DNA of 64,000 nucleotides, taken from the NCBI GenBank assembly GCA_010909165.1, contig VJWM01000019.1:682001-746000 (forward strand). Direction: 5' to 3'. This document shows positions 1 to 11,943 of the stretch, one piece after another (the first letter of the stretch is position 1; each line of letters begins with the position of its first letter). This stretch comes from Anthoceros angustus. Its lineage: Eukaryota; Plantae; Anthocerotophyta. The notes below the pieces were generated by a model that worked only from the letters and a program-made list of their open reading frames with translations, was not told the origin of the DNA and did no database searches. The position numbers and the translations under genes were made by a program.

Positions 1-174
1 ACAATGCTGATACGAGCATAAAGCGATATCTGATTGGTTCGGTGAACCTTCCCAACATGCGCCCTTGGCAATTCTGTTCAATATCAAGCACAATGCTGAT
101 TGGTTCGGTGAACCTTCCCAACATGCACCCTTAGCATAATCGCGGCTCACCAATCTTCTTCAAATCCAAGCCCC

Positions 175-1560
175 TCAGCATTTGTTGATTGTTATTGTCA
201 TCATCTTAATGTTGTCCTGCACTCCAGTGTGCCCCAAGCATTGATACCACAAATCTACTGACCCAGTGCTTTTAGGCGAGCTTGACACAAATGTGCAAGC
301 TTGTTGATCACCTACAGAAGAACACAACTTATTATGATTGGCTTCCCTAACACCTCGAGCTATCACCTTGACATTAAGTGATTCTGGTTGCTCGGGTTGG
401 ATGTGACATCCCTTTCCCTCGAGTTGAACACAATCTCATTCCCAAGGTCAGTGATTCTTGCTACTGAAAGAAGATTCTTCACAAGAATATGCACATGGTG
501 CACATCCTTGATTGTACCTTTGGATGGTCCTCCAGAGAGTTGAACCTTGATCACACCTCTTCCTTTGATCTCATGTGCCCTATTGTCTCCAAGCGCTACC
601 TTATGCCTTGCCAGCATTTCTTCATAGCTTGAGAACTAAGGCCGATTGTAGGTGAAGTATAGAGACGCTCCAGAGTCAAGGTACAAACTCTCATCCTTCT
701 TTGATGCGCGCTGTCGTACCCTTTTTACGGTTGAGACAGCAAAGAAATATTCTTTCTCCTTACTCACTTGATTGTCTTGTGATTCCTTTTCACTTCTTCT
801 TCAAGTTAGCCAACCTTGTCCTATAATCCTTGGCATAGTGGTTAGGCTTTTTGTAAGAATGGCAAGTACCCTACATCTTTTTCTTTGCACCTTTGTCCTT
901 CGATTCTTCTCTACAGTTGGCTTGTGAAGTCTTCCCACGTGTTGTTCCCTTCTTTGGAAAGAGCACCGAGTCTCCATTCTCTTCTTTCTTGAAGGAATTC
1001 TCCTTGTAGGAGCAACCCAACCATCTCATCCAACATTGGTGGTTTATTGCTTGGACGCATCGCTACCGCCGTTCTGAAGGCCAACACAAATTGTTTGTAT
1101 GCGGAAGGTAGGCTACTCAACAACACCATGCTAACCTTTCTTTCAGAAGGTTTAACATCCGCTGCCTTCATTTGATCCACTAAGTTCACAAACTTGTTGA
1201 CATGTTGTTGAATGGTGTCACCCTTGGTCATCTTGAAGTGGGCAAATTATTGCTCCAATAAGATCTCATTCACCAAGCTCTTCTTCTCATATGTGTTGTA
1301 GAGGGTCGTCCACGCCACATTTGAGGTTGCACGCTCACTCAATTGAGAGAGCATGTCATTGGACACATTGAGGAGGATTATCGCCAGCGCTCGTCTATCT
1401 TTCTCGGTATCCGCTTCGGTGGGTATTTCTCCGAGGCCGTTGTCGACGAAATTCCATGGTCCTTAGTCGATGAGAAGCATCTTTAGCTTCAACTTCCACA
1501 ATGAAAAGTTCGTGCCTCCAAACTTCTCCACTAGACGTGTCTCCATGCTTGTTGATGTCA
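175..1560 (-). mobile_element. Degenerate Ty1/copia gag-pol fragment (gag, zinc knuckle, protease, GAG-pre-integrase)
   Basis: Minus-strand translations give VEKFGGTNFSLWKLKLKMLL (gag N-term), LLSSLPSAYKQF (UBN2-type gag), a degenerate knuckle near 830-870, YLDSGAS...VALGD...IKGRG (protease) and DLWYQCLGH. Several stops and frameshifts. Confidence 0.9.
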
Positions 1561-1839
1561 TGCCTAGCTTCCCTTCAATCGATCGTTCAGATTGATCAGA
1601 ACAGAACACCTCACTTAGATGCACTACAAGGACTACTACCAAGACCTTCTTAATTGCACACAAGTTCTCACAAGCACAAGGTTAAGAGCTAGATGCATTT
1701 ATACACAAGATTTCCCACTACTACTAGGGAGAGGGGTATTTTACAAAACCCCTTTTGCCAATCTCCCAATCTTTGCAACGTCTAAAAACCTCTGCTGTAA
1801 ATTGGTTTAAGTTTCGCTGATGTGGCAAGTTTTAAGACT

Positions 1840-2235
1840 CGATTTACAACGGGGGTTTCTAGTTGGATGATGTGGCACTCTTTTGGGTGCTCATTTACAA
1901 CAACAGATTGATGACAGGGCTCCCACGTTGTAGATTACGTTGTAAAAGCTTTTTTTTTCAAAATTTGATCTTTATTTTTCAAAAAATCTTTATTAATAAT
2001 CATAAAAATATGATTGGAAGCCATTTACAACAGCATGCGATGACATGGCTCCCTTGTTGTAGATTACGTTGTAAAGCCTTTTTCTCAAAATTTGTTCTTT
2101 ATTTCTTCAAAACTCTTTACTATTATTATTTATCACAAAATCATCGTAAATGGCCTCCAATCATTAAATTTGGAGGCCATTTACAACAACGATTGATGAC
2201 ATGGCTTCCTTGTTGTAGATTACGATGTAAAACAT
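1840..2235. repeat. Three diverged ~130-160-bp direct repeats upstream of copia gag (probably LTR/leader), with an internal hairpin
   Basis: The unit atttacaaca..gatgacatggct..gttgtagattacgttgtaaa recurs near 1893, 2022 and 2179. Confidence 0.7.
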
Positions 2236-2384
2236 TCTTAGCCTTGCAAGCTCAAGGCTAAGAAACTATGCAATTGCGCACAACTTTTCACAATCACAAG
2301 GCTAAGAACTAGGCAATAGGACTTTACTCAAGTATCTAATTGGTAATACAAGGAGGTCTTTATAACAACTTTTCAACAAAAACT

Positions 2385-2810
2385 TTATTTATGTCTACTA
2401 CTACAACAACAACAACTTTTTTTATGTCCGCTAAGGATGGAAGAACCATCATGGGACAGAGATAGTACAGCGTAAAAGAGGTCTAAAAACCGAGTATACT
2501 TTTGTGCGTCACGAACTAGAAGCGATTCTTGTATGAGGAAAGCGAAAGAAGGCGAAGACTACAAGGAGTCCAACAAGGTCTGCAAGATCAAGAAGCTCGA
2601 GAGACATAGTCCAGAGCACAGGAATGTGGAAAGAGAAAAATCTGCGCAGCGAGAAGCCGGCACACTCAAAAAGATGAGAGTAACGGGACCGAATATCGGC
2701 ATAGGCAGGACAATAAAAGAGGAAGTGTGATTCAGATTCAGGGTCCAAGGAGCAAAGCTTGCAGATCCTTTCGTCTTGGGGAGGGGTGGAACATTGCTCT
2801 ACTATCATGT
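2385..2810 (-). mobile_element. Non-LTR retrotransposon (LINE) 3'-end fragment
   Basis: ERICKLCSLDPESESHFLFYCPAYADIR fits the C-terminal CCHC finger of LINE ORF2. An A7-(GTT)4-(GTA)n tail follows on the minus strand near 2395-2423. Confidence 0.7.
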
Positions 2811-2921
2811 TAAAAAAAGAGGTGAGTCTTTATTGAGAGAGAATACAATACTCCCATATAATATGGGGTATGTGCACTAGGCGCTAGCCCACATGCACAG
2901 TTGCACACACCGCACACCGCA

Positions 2922-3168
2922 CACCAAAGTGTGGTGTGTGGTGTGTGGTGTGTGGTGTGCGGTGTGCGGTGTGCGACACGCCGCACACCACACGCCATAC
3001 ACCATACACCGCACGCCGCACACCACACACCACACGCCACACGCCACACGCCACACGCCACACACCACACGCCACACACCACACACCACACACCACACAC
3101 CACACACCACACACCACACACCACACACCACACACCACACACCACACACCACACACCACACTTTGGTG
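2922..3168. repeat. 7-bp (CACACCA/TGGTGTG)n minisatellite arranged as a foldback
   Basis: A TGGTGTG run switches to a CACACCA run. The termini caccaaagtgtggtg and caccacactttggtg are inverted. Confidence 0.9.
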
Positions 3169-3202
3169 GGCTTGGCCTTATATAGTCCTAGCCTTAAATT
3201 CT

Positions 3203-3462
3203 ATTGGTCACTTGACCTTGAATCCTGCTGGTCATTTGACCTTGAATCCTGCTGGTCACTTGACCTTAAATCCTACTACTGGTCACCTGACCTTGAATCC
3301 TACTACTGGTCACTTGACCTTGAATCCTACTGCTGGTCACTTGACCTTGAATCCTCCTACTGGTCACTTGACCTTGAATCCTACTACTGGTCACTTGACC
3401 TTGAATCCTACTACTGGTCACTTGACCTTGAATCCTACTACTGGTCACTTGACCTTGAATCC
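3203..3462. repeat. Tandem repeat of 21/24-bp unit ctggtcacttgaccttgaatcctacta (~11 copies)
   Basis: Directly visible in the sequence. Confidence 0.95.
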
Positions 3463-3618
3463 TTCTTGTTACTTAACTTGCCCCTACTCTTGAGCCTTTG
3501 TAGAAGATACTTTCTAGAAAATACATGACTTTCTAGAAAATATACAAGTTTATTATTTTTAGGATACTATTCATAACATATTTTGATACGTTGTAATAAA
3601 TCATTTCTAACATATTAC

Positions 3619-4200
3619 ATCTCGGTGGTGGTGAAGGCCTTGGATGAGATTGGCAGCCTTTGCTGCTAGCTGGCTTGATCACCGCAAAGCCCATGGGGAT
3701 CATCATCATCTGGCCCTCTTGGAGCTCATCGTCGAAGCAGCGCTCGCCGTTGGGCTTGAGCACCTCCACTCGCACGCTTCCCTTGCTGCAGTAGAGCATG
3801 GTGTGGCCGTCAGCCAGGTACCCGGGAGCCAGCATGGCGTCAGGCTCGAGGTGGATTCCGATGGCGCCCAATCCTGTGCCCGGGCGCAGGGTCTTGAGCA
3901 CAGGCAGGCAGAATCGGTTGAGCACCGTCATGCACCCACCATTGCTGCTGTAGTGATCGCAGTTGGCGGTCTCCAGGTCGTACATGAAGTGCATCATGGA
4001 CATGGACAGGAAGGAGCCGCCGGTCTCAGCGTTCCCACCACGGCGGCACTGCCTGCGCATGCGCTGGTGGAAGGGATGATCCTCCTCCACCCGGATGATA
4101 CCCGTCTTCTTCTGGCTCGTCGTCAACCTCTCCACCTGCGCCAACATATCCTAGCTGAAGCCTTGCATGGGGCCGCCGCATTCCTCTGTCCTGCCCCCAC
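3619..4200 (-). pseudogene. Legumin/11S-like bicupin pseudogene fragment (corresponds to exon 3 of the gene at 11.9-14.2 kb)
   Basis: GGRTEECGGPMQGFS*DMLAQ has an in-frame TAG. AWDVDEQT is deleted, there is a frameshift near KGCQ, and the fragment ends at a GTAATG donor. Confidence 0.88.
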
Positions 4201-4594
4201 TTTCGTGATACCGCTTGTAGAGACCGGGTAATTCGAGGCACACACACATGTTGTGATAGACCAAGCCGGGGCCGGGTTTTGTAGCACTGCGGCTCGCGCC
4301 CCAGTTCAAATGACGGGCATGTAACTCCCCGTTAAACGAGAACGCTCTTCAATTAAAACGACATCCCTGTCTCGCCAATCTCCCACAAGATACAGATTCG
4401 ACTTGAAAAGACGGACGTCTACTCTGGGACACAACCCGATTTTACAGATCTTGCACAAGAGAAGATATGTGCGAGCTGAATTCATTTGGCTTTATTCACA
4501 TTGATGATGAATCCAGCTCGCTGTGTACAGTCATCACACTCTTATGCTCTTCTATGCACAGTAAAAACATCCCTAGCTTAGCACAAGGTTCAGC

Positions 4595-6998
4595 CTAGTT
4601 TTTGAGAAGATTCTTGAAAAACTTGTCGATGTTAAGAGGGAATCCACCATGGGCGCGGTTTCCATCCTCACGGCGCTGTTCTCTTTGCTCACGGCTCGGC
4701 GGCAGGATGGCAGCATACCTGGGGTGCCCCTGCATCAACTCTCTCACAGGCTTCTCGTCCACGTTGAATACGGCCATGAGGAGTTCTTGCGGCATGTTCC
4801 TCAACACACTGTCCTCCCCAGCCATATGCATCTTCATAGGTCTGCATCCCCAAGAGCACAATATCAGATCTCGTTTAAGAAGTATCCCACATAACGAGCG
4901 AAGCAAGAATGAAACAGATCCCCTCACGTGTCGCAGGTGGTGAAGGCCATAAGATGGCATCCTTCACGCCCAGCTCGCTTGATCACCGGATGCCCCATGG
5001 GGATCATCATCATCTGCCCCTCCTTCATCTCCTCGTCGAAGCTGCGCTCACCGGTAGGTCTCAGCACCTGCACGCGGGCACTTCCCTTGCTGCAGTACAG
5101 CAAGGTGTGCGCGTTCGCCATGTACCCGGGAGCTATCATCGCTTCCTGGTGAGCCATTGTACACACAATCACAACTCAAAACCGCAATGCAATGTAATGC
5201 AACGCAAGCTCTGGACGAGATCTCGCTTACAGGTTCGAGTTCAGTTCTGATAGCGCCCAATCCAGTGTTCGGGCGCAGGGTCTTGAGCACGGGCAGGCGG
5301 TACCGGTTGAGTACGGTCATGCACCCGCCTCCGCCGCTGTAGTGGTCGCAGTTGGCGCTGTCTAGGTCGTACATGAAATGCATCATCGACATGGATTGCA
5401 TGTTGGCCTCGCCGTTACTCCCGCGCCCGCACTGCCTCTCCCGCATCAGCTGGTGGAACGGGTGATCCTCGTCCACCCGCATAAAGCCCATCTCCTTCTG
5501 GCTTGTCACCAGTTTCTCCACCGTCTGGTCGTCCACATCCCATGCCTCCGCCAGAAGCTCCTTGCTGAATCCTTGCAGCACGCTGCCCCATTCCTCGCTC
5601 TCCTGTCCGACCAACGAGAATCCCTGCACACAACCCCGTCACATCCCACAGGATTCAAGAACTCATCAATTAGATTTGCCAAACCCTTGCTACTGCCTCA
5701 GCCCTACCGAGCAATCATGAAACAAATTTGCCAGAATCACGCTACTGCCTCAGCCTTACCGGGCACTCATTGAACAAATTCATGCTACTGCCCCAGCCTC
5801 ACCGAGCAATCATGAGCTTTACCGTGCATTGCCCAGGGTTCACTGCTGCCACAGAAGTGTCGGCGATGGCCACCAGATGACACTCTCCGCCGAGCTCCTC
5901 CTCCCGGTCGCGCTCCCTTTCACGTCGGTGCTTCCTCTCACCTTCCTCTTCACGACGCTGGCGTTCGCGTTCCCTCGCACGCTCCCGCTCTCGCTGCTCA
6001 CGTTCTTCCTCACGTCGCCCATGGTGCTGCTCACCCTCCTCCTCCGATCGGCCGCCATCTCTGTGCTCGCGCTCACGCTCGCGTTCCCTTTCCTCCCGCT
6101 CCTCTCGTTCCTCGGATCGGCCACCATCGCGATGGCGTTCGCGTTCTTCTCTCTCGCGCCCGCGCTCACGCTCCTCTTCCCTCCGCTTGCGCTCGCGATC
6201 GCGCTCGGACTCCTCGCGGCCGCGGTCCTCGTGCTCGCGCTCACGTCTTTCCTCCCGGCGATGGCGCTCGCGTTCCTCCTCCCTGCGCCTGCGCTCGCGC
6301 TCCCTCTCCCTCTCGCTCCTCTCGCGCTCGCGAGAGCGAGAGCGTTCTTCCCGTTCTTCCTCCGGGAGGCCAGCATCTCGCTCGCGCTCGCGTTCCTCCT
6401 CTTCGCGCTCACGTTCGCGCTCTTTGCGTTCACGTTCCTCCTCTCGGCGCTTGCGCTCACGCTCGCGTTCCTCCTCTCGCCCGTTGTGATACCGGCGCGC
6501 ACATCCCTTCTCTCCGGTGTTGTAGAACCAGAACACCATGCCGCGCGGAACCGCCACGACCTGGCCCTTCCTGATCATCTGGTAGTCCCGGCGCGCCCCC
6601 ATCGGCAGGCTCATTCCCATGATCGCCGACCCTGCCATCACCAACACGGTCCCAATCCAGAATCAGCACGCAGATGGTAGAAATCTGCAGAAAGCACATT
6701 CTGACGCTCAACTCCGATCGAAATGCTCACCTCGGGAACAGTAGAACAGCATCGCGGAGTCGGCGTACGTAGGGAGCAGCAGCCCACGCTCCTTGAGCTG
6801 GAACCGGGCGCCTTCCATGCGCGCATTCTTCAGCGACTCATGCTGTTCAGAACGCCACATGTCGAGCCGTCCCCCCTTGGACTCGTGCATCTTCTCGGAT
6901 TTCAGCATCGAGTGCCTCTCCTCACGGCCCATCGCCGTGGCCAGTAGTGAGGCCACCAGCAGGCTGGCCACCACCGATCGCATCCTCCCCGTCGCCAT
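4595..6998 (-). CDS. Secreted legumin/11S-globulin-like bicupin with Arg/Glu-rich insert, paralog A. Exons 6998-6731, 6631-5823, 5623-5231, 5145-4928, 4841-4595 (644 aa)
   Basis: Signal peptide MATGRMRSVVASLLVASLLATAMG. Cupin motifs GLLLPTYADS..FYCSRG, GQVVAVPRGMVFWFYN, GFSKELLAEAWDVD, NAHTLLYCSKGSARVQV, EGQMMMIPMG and AGEDSVLRNMP. All introns are GT-AG and the exons splice into one open frame. Confidence 0.9.
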
Positions 6999-7084
6999 GG
7001 TTGCAACTTCGATCAGCAGAGTTCTTAGCCACCAAGCAGTCGATGCAAGCACCGACGTGCGACAGATCAAGCAGGGGCCGGATT

Positions 7085-7276
7085 CTTATAGATGCCTGTT
7101 CATGCCCCAGCTGGAACCACGGCCAATTATCCCGCATGCAAGTCCCCGTTAAAAACTGTTGCCAGGCCTTGTGGATCCGTAACGTTCTGAAACTGCCGCA
7201 AGGTGTCTTCACTTGGTTCCCAAAGGCCAGTTTGTCGGCTTTCACCACTGACAGTTCGCTCCATGCTTTGAATCAG
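7085..7276 (-). promoter_or_regulatory. Promoter of paralog A: TATA (TCTATAAG) and RY element CATGCA (7135-7140)
   Basis: Blocks caattatcccgcatgcaa and ctccatgctttgaatcag are identical in the promoter of paralog B. Confidence 0.65.
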
Positions 7277-9621
7277 CAGCCTCCGTGTAGGAACAGCTCT
7301 CCCGTTCACTCCCGAGGCCCTTCAGGATGAGGATTACTTTCTGCGGGTAGTCCATCTGTGAAGCGGACTCAGCCTGCCGCCTACTACTTCTCATTGGCTT
7401 GAGTTTGGATTGACGCGGAAAAATAATTTCTACAACAAAAAAACTCCCAAGAAACCCTTGGGAAGGGACCTGTGGTTAAATTTAAGAATGGTAAAATCAG
7501 TTTTTAGTCTCAGCTGGTTACGTTTTTTTATCTCAGGCTATATTTTTATTCTCTAGGCTATATTTTCCATCCCCCGGTTATGCTGATCCTATGTTATGGT
7601 TGTCCCACACCACGACATGCTCGGAGAAGAGGTAGTTTCGAGATCCCGATAGATGGGAGTTCCATCTCTTTTTTCACATAAATTCTATAGTATGGTTATT
7701 TTGTGGATAAGAGATTATTTTAAATATTATTATTACATAGTAAATTTTGTATACCACTTTAAATACTATATAAAATCAAATATTATTATTATAGAGTAAT
7801 TTTTTCTTTCTAGAATTTCACCTTCTCCGTCCGTTCTAGTGGTCGAGTGCGCAAGGGCTCTTGACTAAGACAACGGCTTGACCTCATTTAAACATGCAAG
7901 CTTTTCTCTAGGGGAAACCAAGAAAATGCATATTAGATGAGTGGCAATGGAACGGAACCCGTTACCCAGCCTAGAGCCATGTGCACGTAAATTTGTCATG
8001 TACTGCTATGCCTGGCCCAACCAATTTGACCCTCCCTCAACTCATCTCTCGCTTGCCTCCGCCAGCAGCTGGTGCAGCTTGCCACAAGATCCGCGGTATG
8101 ATAAACTCAATTATTCATTGTATGTTGCAAATAATTAGTCACCACATGATCCATAATGTGATAAACAAAATTATCTATTTTATGATAAACGAAAATACTC
8201 CGATGACAACCCCAACATTGCCTGTTTACATCTCATGAACAAAATCACTGTCACTTAATCCACCATGTCTTGTGCGCTTCAAGACACTGTAATCACTTAC
8301 TCGTGACGAACTTCCCTCGTCCTACTCAGCTACCACCCTCACAATGCACCTCCGCGCGAGCTTCCAGAGCCCCATTTCCGTGTCTCATTCGCTCAACCCG
8401 CTTGCTTCAAAAACACCAAGGATTGCTTCCGAGGATGCTGAATATTAACCCCATTACATACATATGGTGTTTATAGTCATTCCTAATTGATATTAGCCAA
8501 ACATGATTTCCGCCTCTGTGAGTGGAAAGCACAGATCCTCTACATTGCAAGGCAAGCTTTGATCGGAACCAGTACCGTTGCAACCAAATCGGATTTGAAT
8601 CTAGATTGAGAGACAGCCACTTGAGCTGCTTTTTAGAAATAGCTCATGTGCTTCATCAAGAAATTGTAATGAAGAACTAAACCTAGAACTTAACTTAGAC
8701 ACTTGTTTAATAAATTCAATACTTAAAATCTAAATTCTCCATACAATGTGCTACTTTAGTGTAGATTGAGCCAAATATGGCTTATGGTATTCATACGACT
8801 TCGTGTACAAGAAGGTCTCAGGCGGATTGTGGTGAGAACCCATGAAAAACTGAATGCCGGTTGTGAATTCGAACTGTTGTCTAACCTAACTAAGCTATTT
8901 TATCTATCCTAAATTGGATTTATATCATTTAGTTATAGAACTTATGGTTTCTAGTTATGCATGCTATGACCGAGCATTCAAGGGAACGAGATGTGGGTAC
9001 ACCCTAGGGCTAGCTGCGGCCTGACGTAAGCTAACCTACTACTTGTGTACCGGTTGCATTGTCCCAGTGATGTTGCAGTTGGCAATTACTCTGCATAGCC
9101 ATGACATTGCCTGAGAATTCAAATTGCTCGTTTTTTTTGTTTGGATTGGAAAAATATTATCAAAAACTTGTAACGAACCTAAAGTTCATCTTGTCATAAG
9201 TTCTGGTAGAGGGAAAGGAATAAAGATTTAATTCCACTTCACTTGAAAGAATGTACTATAAAAAATATTTTTTTTTTGCTTATAAATATATATCATAAAT
9301 ATTGAACATATAGATATCGTGGTTTATAAATGTTGACACACTTATCATGTTTGTCGCATACATTTATGATTTATTGAGATATGATTGTCCAATTTAACAA
9401 GATTTATATTTATGATTTTTTTTCATATATGATTACCTAGTCCAACAAGGCTAATCCCCTCACTCTGAAATTTTGGGATCCCCATCAAGCCGCGATTGGA
9501 AAATGCACCAAGGTCACCATGAGTGGCATTTATACGGAACCGTACTCGGCCTAGAGCCAGATACATGTAATTTGTCATAGATTGTTATGCCTCTGCGAAC
9601 TAAATCCCTCCGTCACATCGC

Positions 9622-10160
9622 TCAATTCCCTTCGCTAGCGTTTGCTTCCTGTTGTCTTAGTTCATGCACCATCCATTCTATGATAAACGGACTTATGAAT
9701 TCTAAGATAAAATAAATTACTCCACCGAGACGTGGAACCCGGGTCAAAAGACTTAAGAAAGATATGATAGAATAAATTACTTCACCAAGACCCGGAACCT
9801 GGGCCAGCACTGTCAGTAGACCTATCTTATTTAAGATAAAAGGAATTACTCCACGAAGATGCGGAATCAGGCCACACAATGCCAATATAACCCCCATGTT
9901 GAAGGAAATTGCCATCACATGATCCACCACGAATGTTATCTTAGGACTTATGAATTGAACTATGATAAAATGAATTACTCTGCTGACACCCCGAAGCTCG
10001 GCCAACACTGCCATTAGACCTTTCACTAACAAAAACAATACTGGCAGTTGAGACTGAAACTGTATGATAAAATAAAGTACTTCGCGGAGAGCCGAAACCT
10101 GGGCCAACAATACCAGATGACCCCGAAGTTGAAGGAAATTACTACCCCTTGATCCACCAT
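9622..10160 (-). other. Hydrophobic ORF with ~20-aa internal repeats, probably frameshifted; degenerate paralog at ~7.9-8.3 kb
   Basis: Repeats of the type LAQVPGLGEVIYSII. An upstream MVDQGVVISFNFGVI start is in another frame. Confidence 0.35.
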
Positions 10161-11943
10161 GTCTTCCGTCTCAAGACTATTACACAATAATCAAAACTAG
10201 GTATCGATACTTTAAACTGCTCCCAAAAGAGGTCAAGCGTGACCAAAGTTAGCTATACTGCATCATAGTAAGACGGAATGTGCTTGTTGACATCACCAAA
10301 GTCGTCCCCTCTCTTTCAAAGCACTCCAGAAATCAAGAGACCTTCAAATTAAAACTCTGACGCCAAAAGACTAACCAATTCAAATATGATCGGTCTACTC
10401 ACATTCTCACGCCTCTTTATAGCGGATCTTATTTCGTAAGACCTAACGGCCGAATCAAACGTTCCTGTTGAACCCTTGAGTTTCCGTTGTGTTCAAACAT
10501 TTTTTTGGCCTGGGTCTGGGAACTTGAATACAAAGCATAACACCAGGTGGTTGGGCAAAGACTCCTGGGAGTTCATCAAAGATCCCATCACTTGCTTCTT
10601 CGTGCGAGCATAGACTATAACATGAGTGAAATTAAGGAAACGTGAGCACAAGTCCCCCGATCGATCCACATAGAAAAACATTCCAGAAGTTCTTGCTGGG
10701 TCTCGTGTTTCTATGCTCATGCCCCTCTCGACCAAGGCACGTGGTTCGCGAAAAAAAAGATGAAAGTGTCTCCCAGGTCCAGGACAATCGGCTTGGGAGG
10801 TGATCCAGTGGGACATCTTTCAGTTTCAGCACTTCCAGAAGCAGTAAAAACTAGTTAGCCGACAAGAGCTGTCTGCTTTCTCTGCCCAACTGTCACCATC
10901 CACAGTAGTGCCCGGTGTTTCTCTCTGAGGTCTTGGTTTGCGACGCTTCCGCTTAGTTTGGTTCAAAGTGCGCTTCGCATTCTGGGTCAGAATCTGACTG
11001 ATTCCGGGACCGTCTTCAGCAGCATTTGTTTCACATAGATCGAAGACCAAGGAAGCGTGAGGTCGAATGCAGTCGTCAAGGCTTTGGATTCCTAGCTGTG
11101 CACCGGCTGCGGTCAAGATGCCCAAGGTTGGGGAGGCTGGATAGAGAAGTAGGTAGCGTTTGGAGGCTACTACTACTGCCAGAGAGTGACAGAGTCATCG
11201 AAACTTAGATGACGGCTCATATGAATCGACTGTGACGACTCCTACAATTTCAGGTGGATTTCAAACTTGTAAGTGTTCACCTGCTGGAAAGCAGCTTCAC
11301 CAGGACACATAAATTGGCAGTCATGGCACTCTGGAAGTGTGAATCAGCTGAGCAAGGTTCCATGATTCCTACGCTGTTGACCCACAGTTTCAATTCACGC
11401 CTATTTGTACCCACTTGCGTGGCAAAGCCTGCTGAAGAATCGTCCCAACTGCGCAGAAGTGAAAGGCTTCCTGCCTACTCCGAATCCATCCATCGCCAGT
11501 GCCATTTCTCTGTAGGCCGACTCAAGATTACTCACGAATTTGCTTTGCAAGCTCAACAGTAAATGTCGTCACAACTTTATCTCATCGTAAAGGCACATGG
11601 ATCATTCACCATTTTCCCACCTCTGCAGTGTGTTTCTAAGGGTCAGCTTTTGTACTTTGTTTCTAAGGGCCACTCTCTGTTGTCTGTTTCTAAATGGCCC
11701 CCGCCGATAATCAGGCTGCCAGTCCACAGACCCGAAGATGGACAATTTACCAATCAGAATTTTAGCTGTCTGTTGCAAGTGCAATGCAAATTGCTAAACT
11801 CCGTTACATCACTTTGATGCTCCACTTGCTAGATCAGCAAGACGCTGAATCCAGCTTTCTTTGGACAAAAGAGTTTTTCCACTGGTATACACTCACTTCT
11901 CACTCTATGTACAGGCGAAAACGTCCTAACTGACATTAACTGC

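Noticed and set aside
3203-3462. CRISPR-like regular repeats (also 41013-41215)
   Set aside because: No unique spacers, no cas genes, and the context is eukaryotic.
2810-3528. Cys/Val/Trp-rich and His/Thr/Pro-rich ORFs
   Set aside because: Translations of the 7-bp and 24-bp tandem repeats.
5829-6680. Long Leu/Ala/Phe-rich and Ser/Arg-rich ORFs on the plus strand (also 13038-13895)
   Set aside because: Antisense and off-frame shadows of the R/E-coding tract, which is naturally stop-poor.
10493-11817. Short minus-strand ORFs with coding-like composition
   Set aside because: Multiple stops and no recognisable domain; possibly a decayed gene but unassignable without a search.
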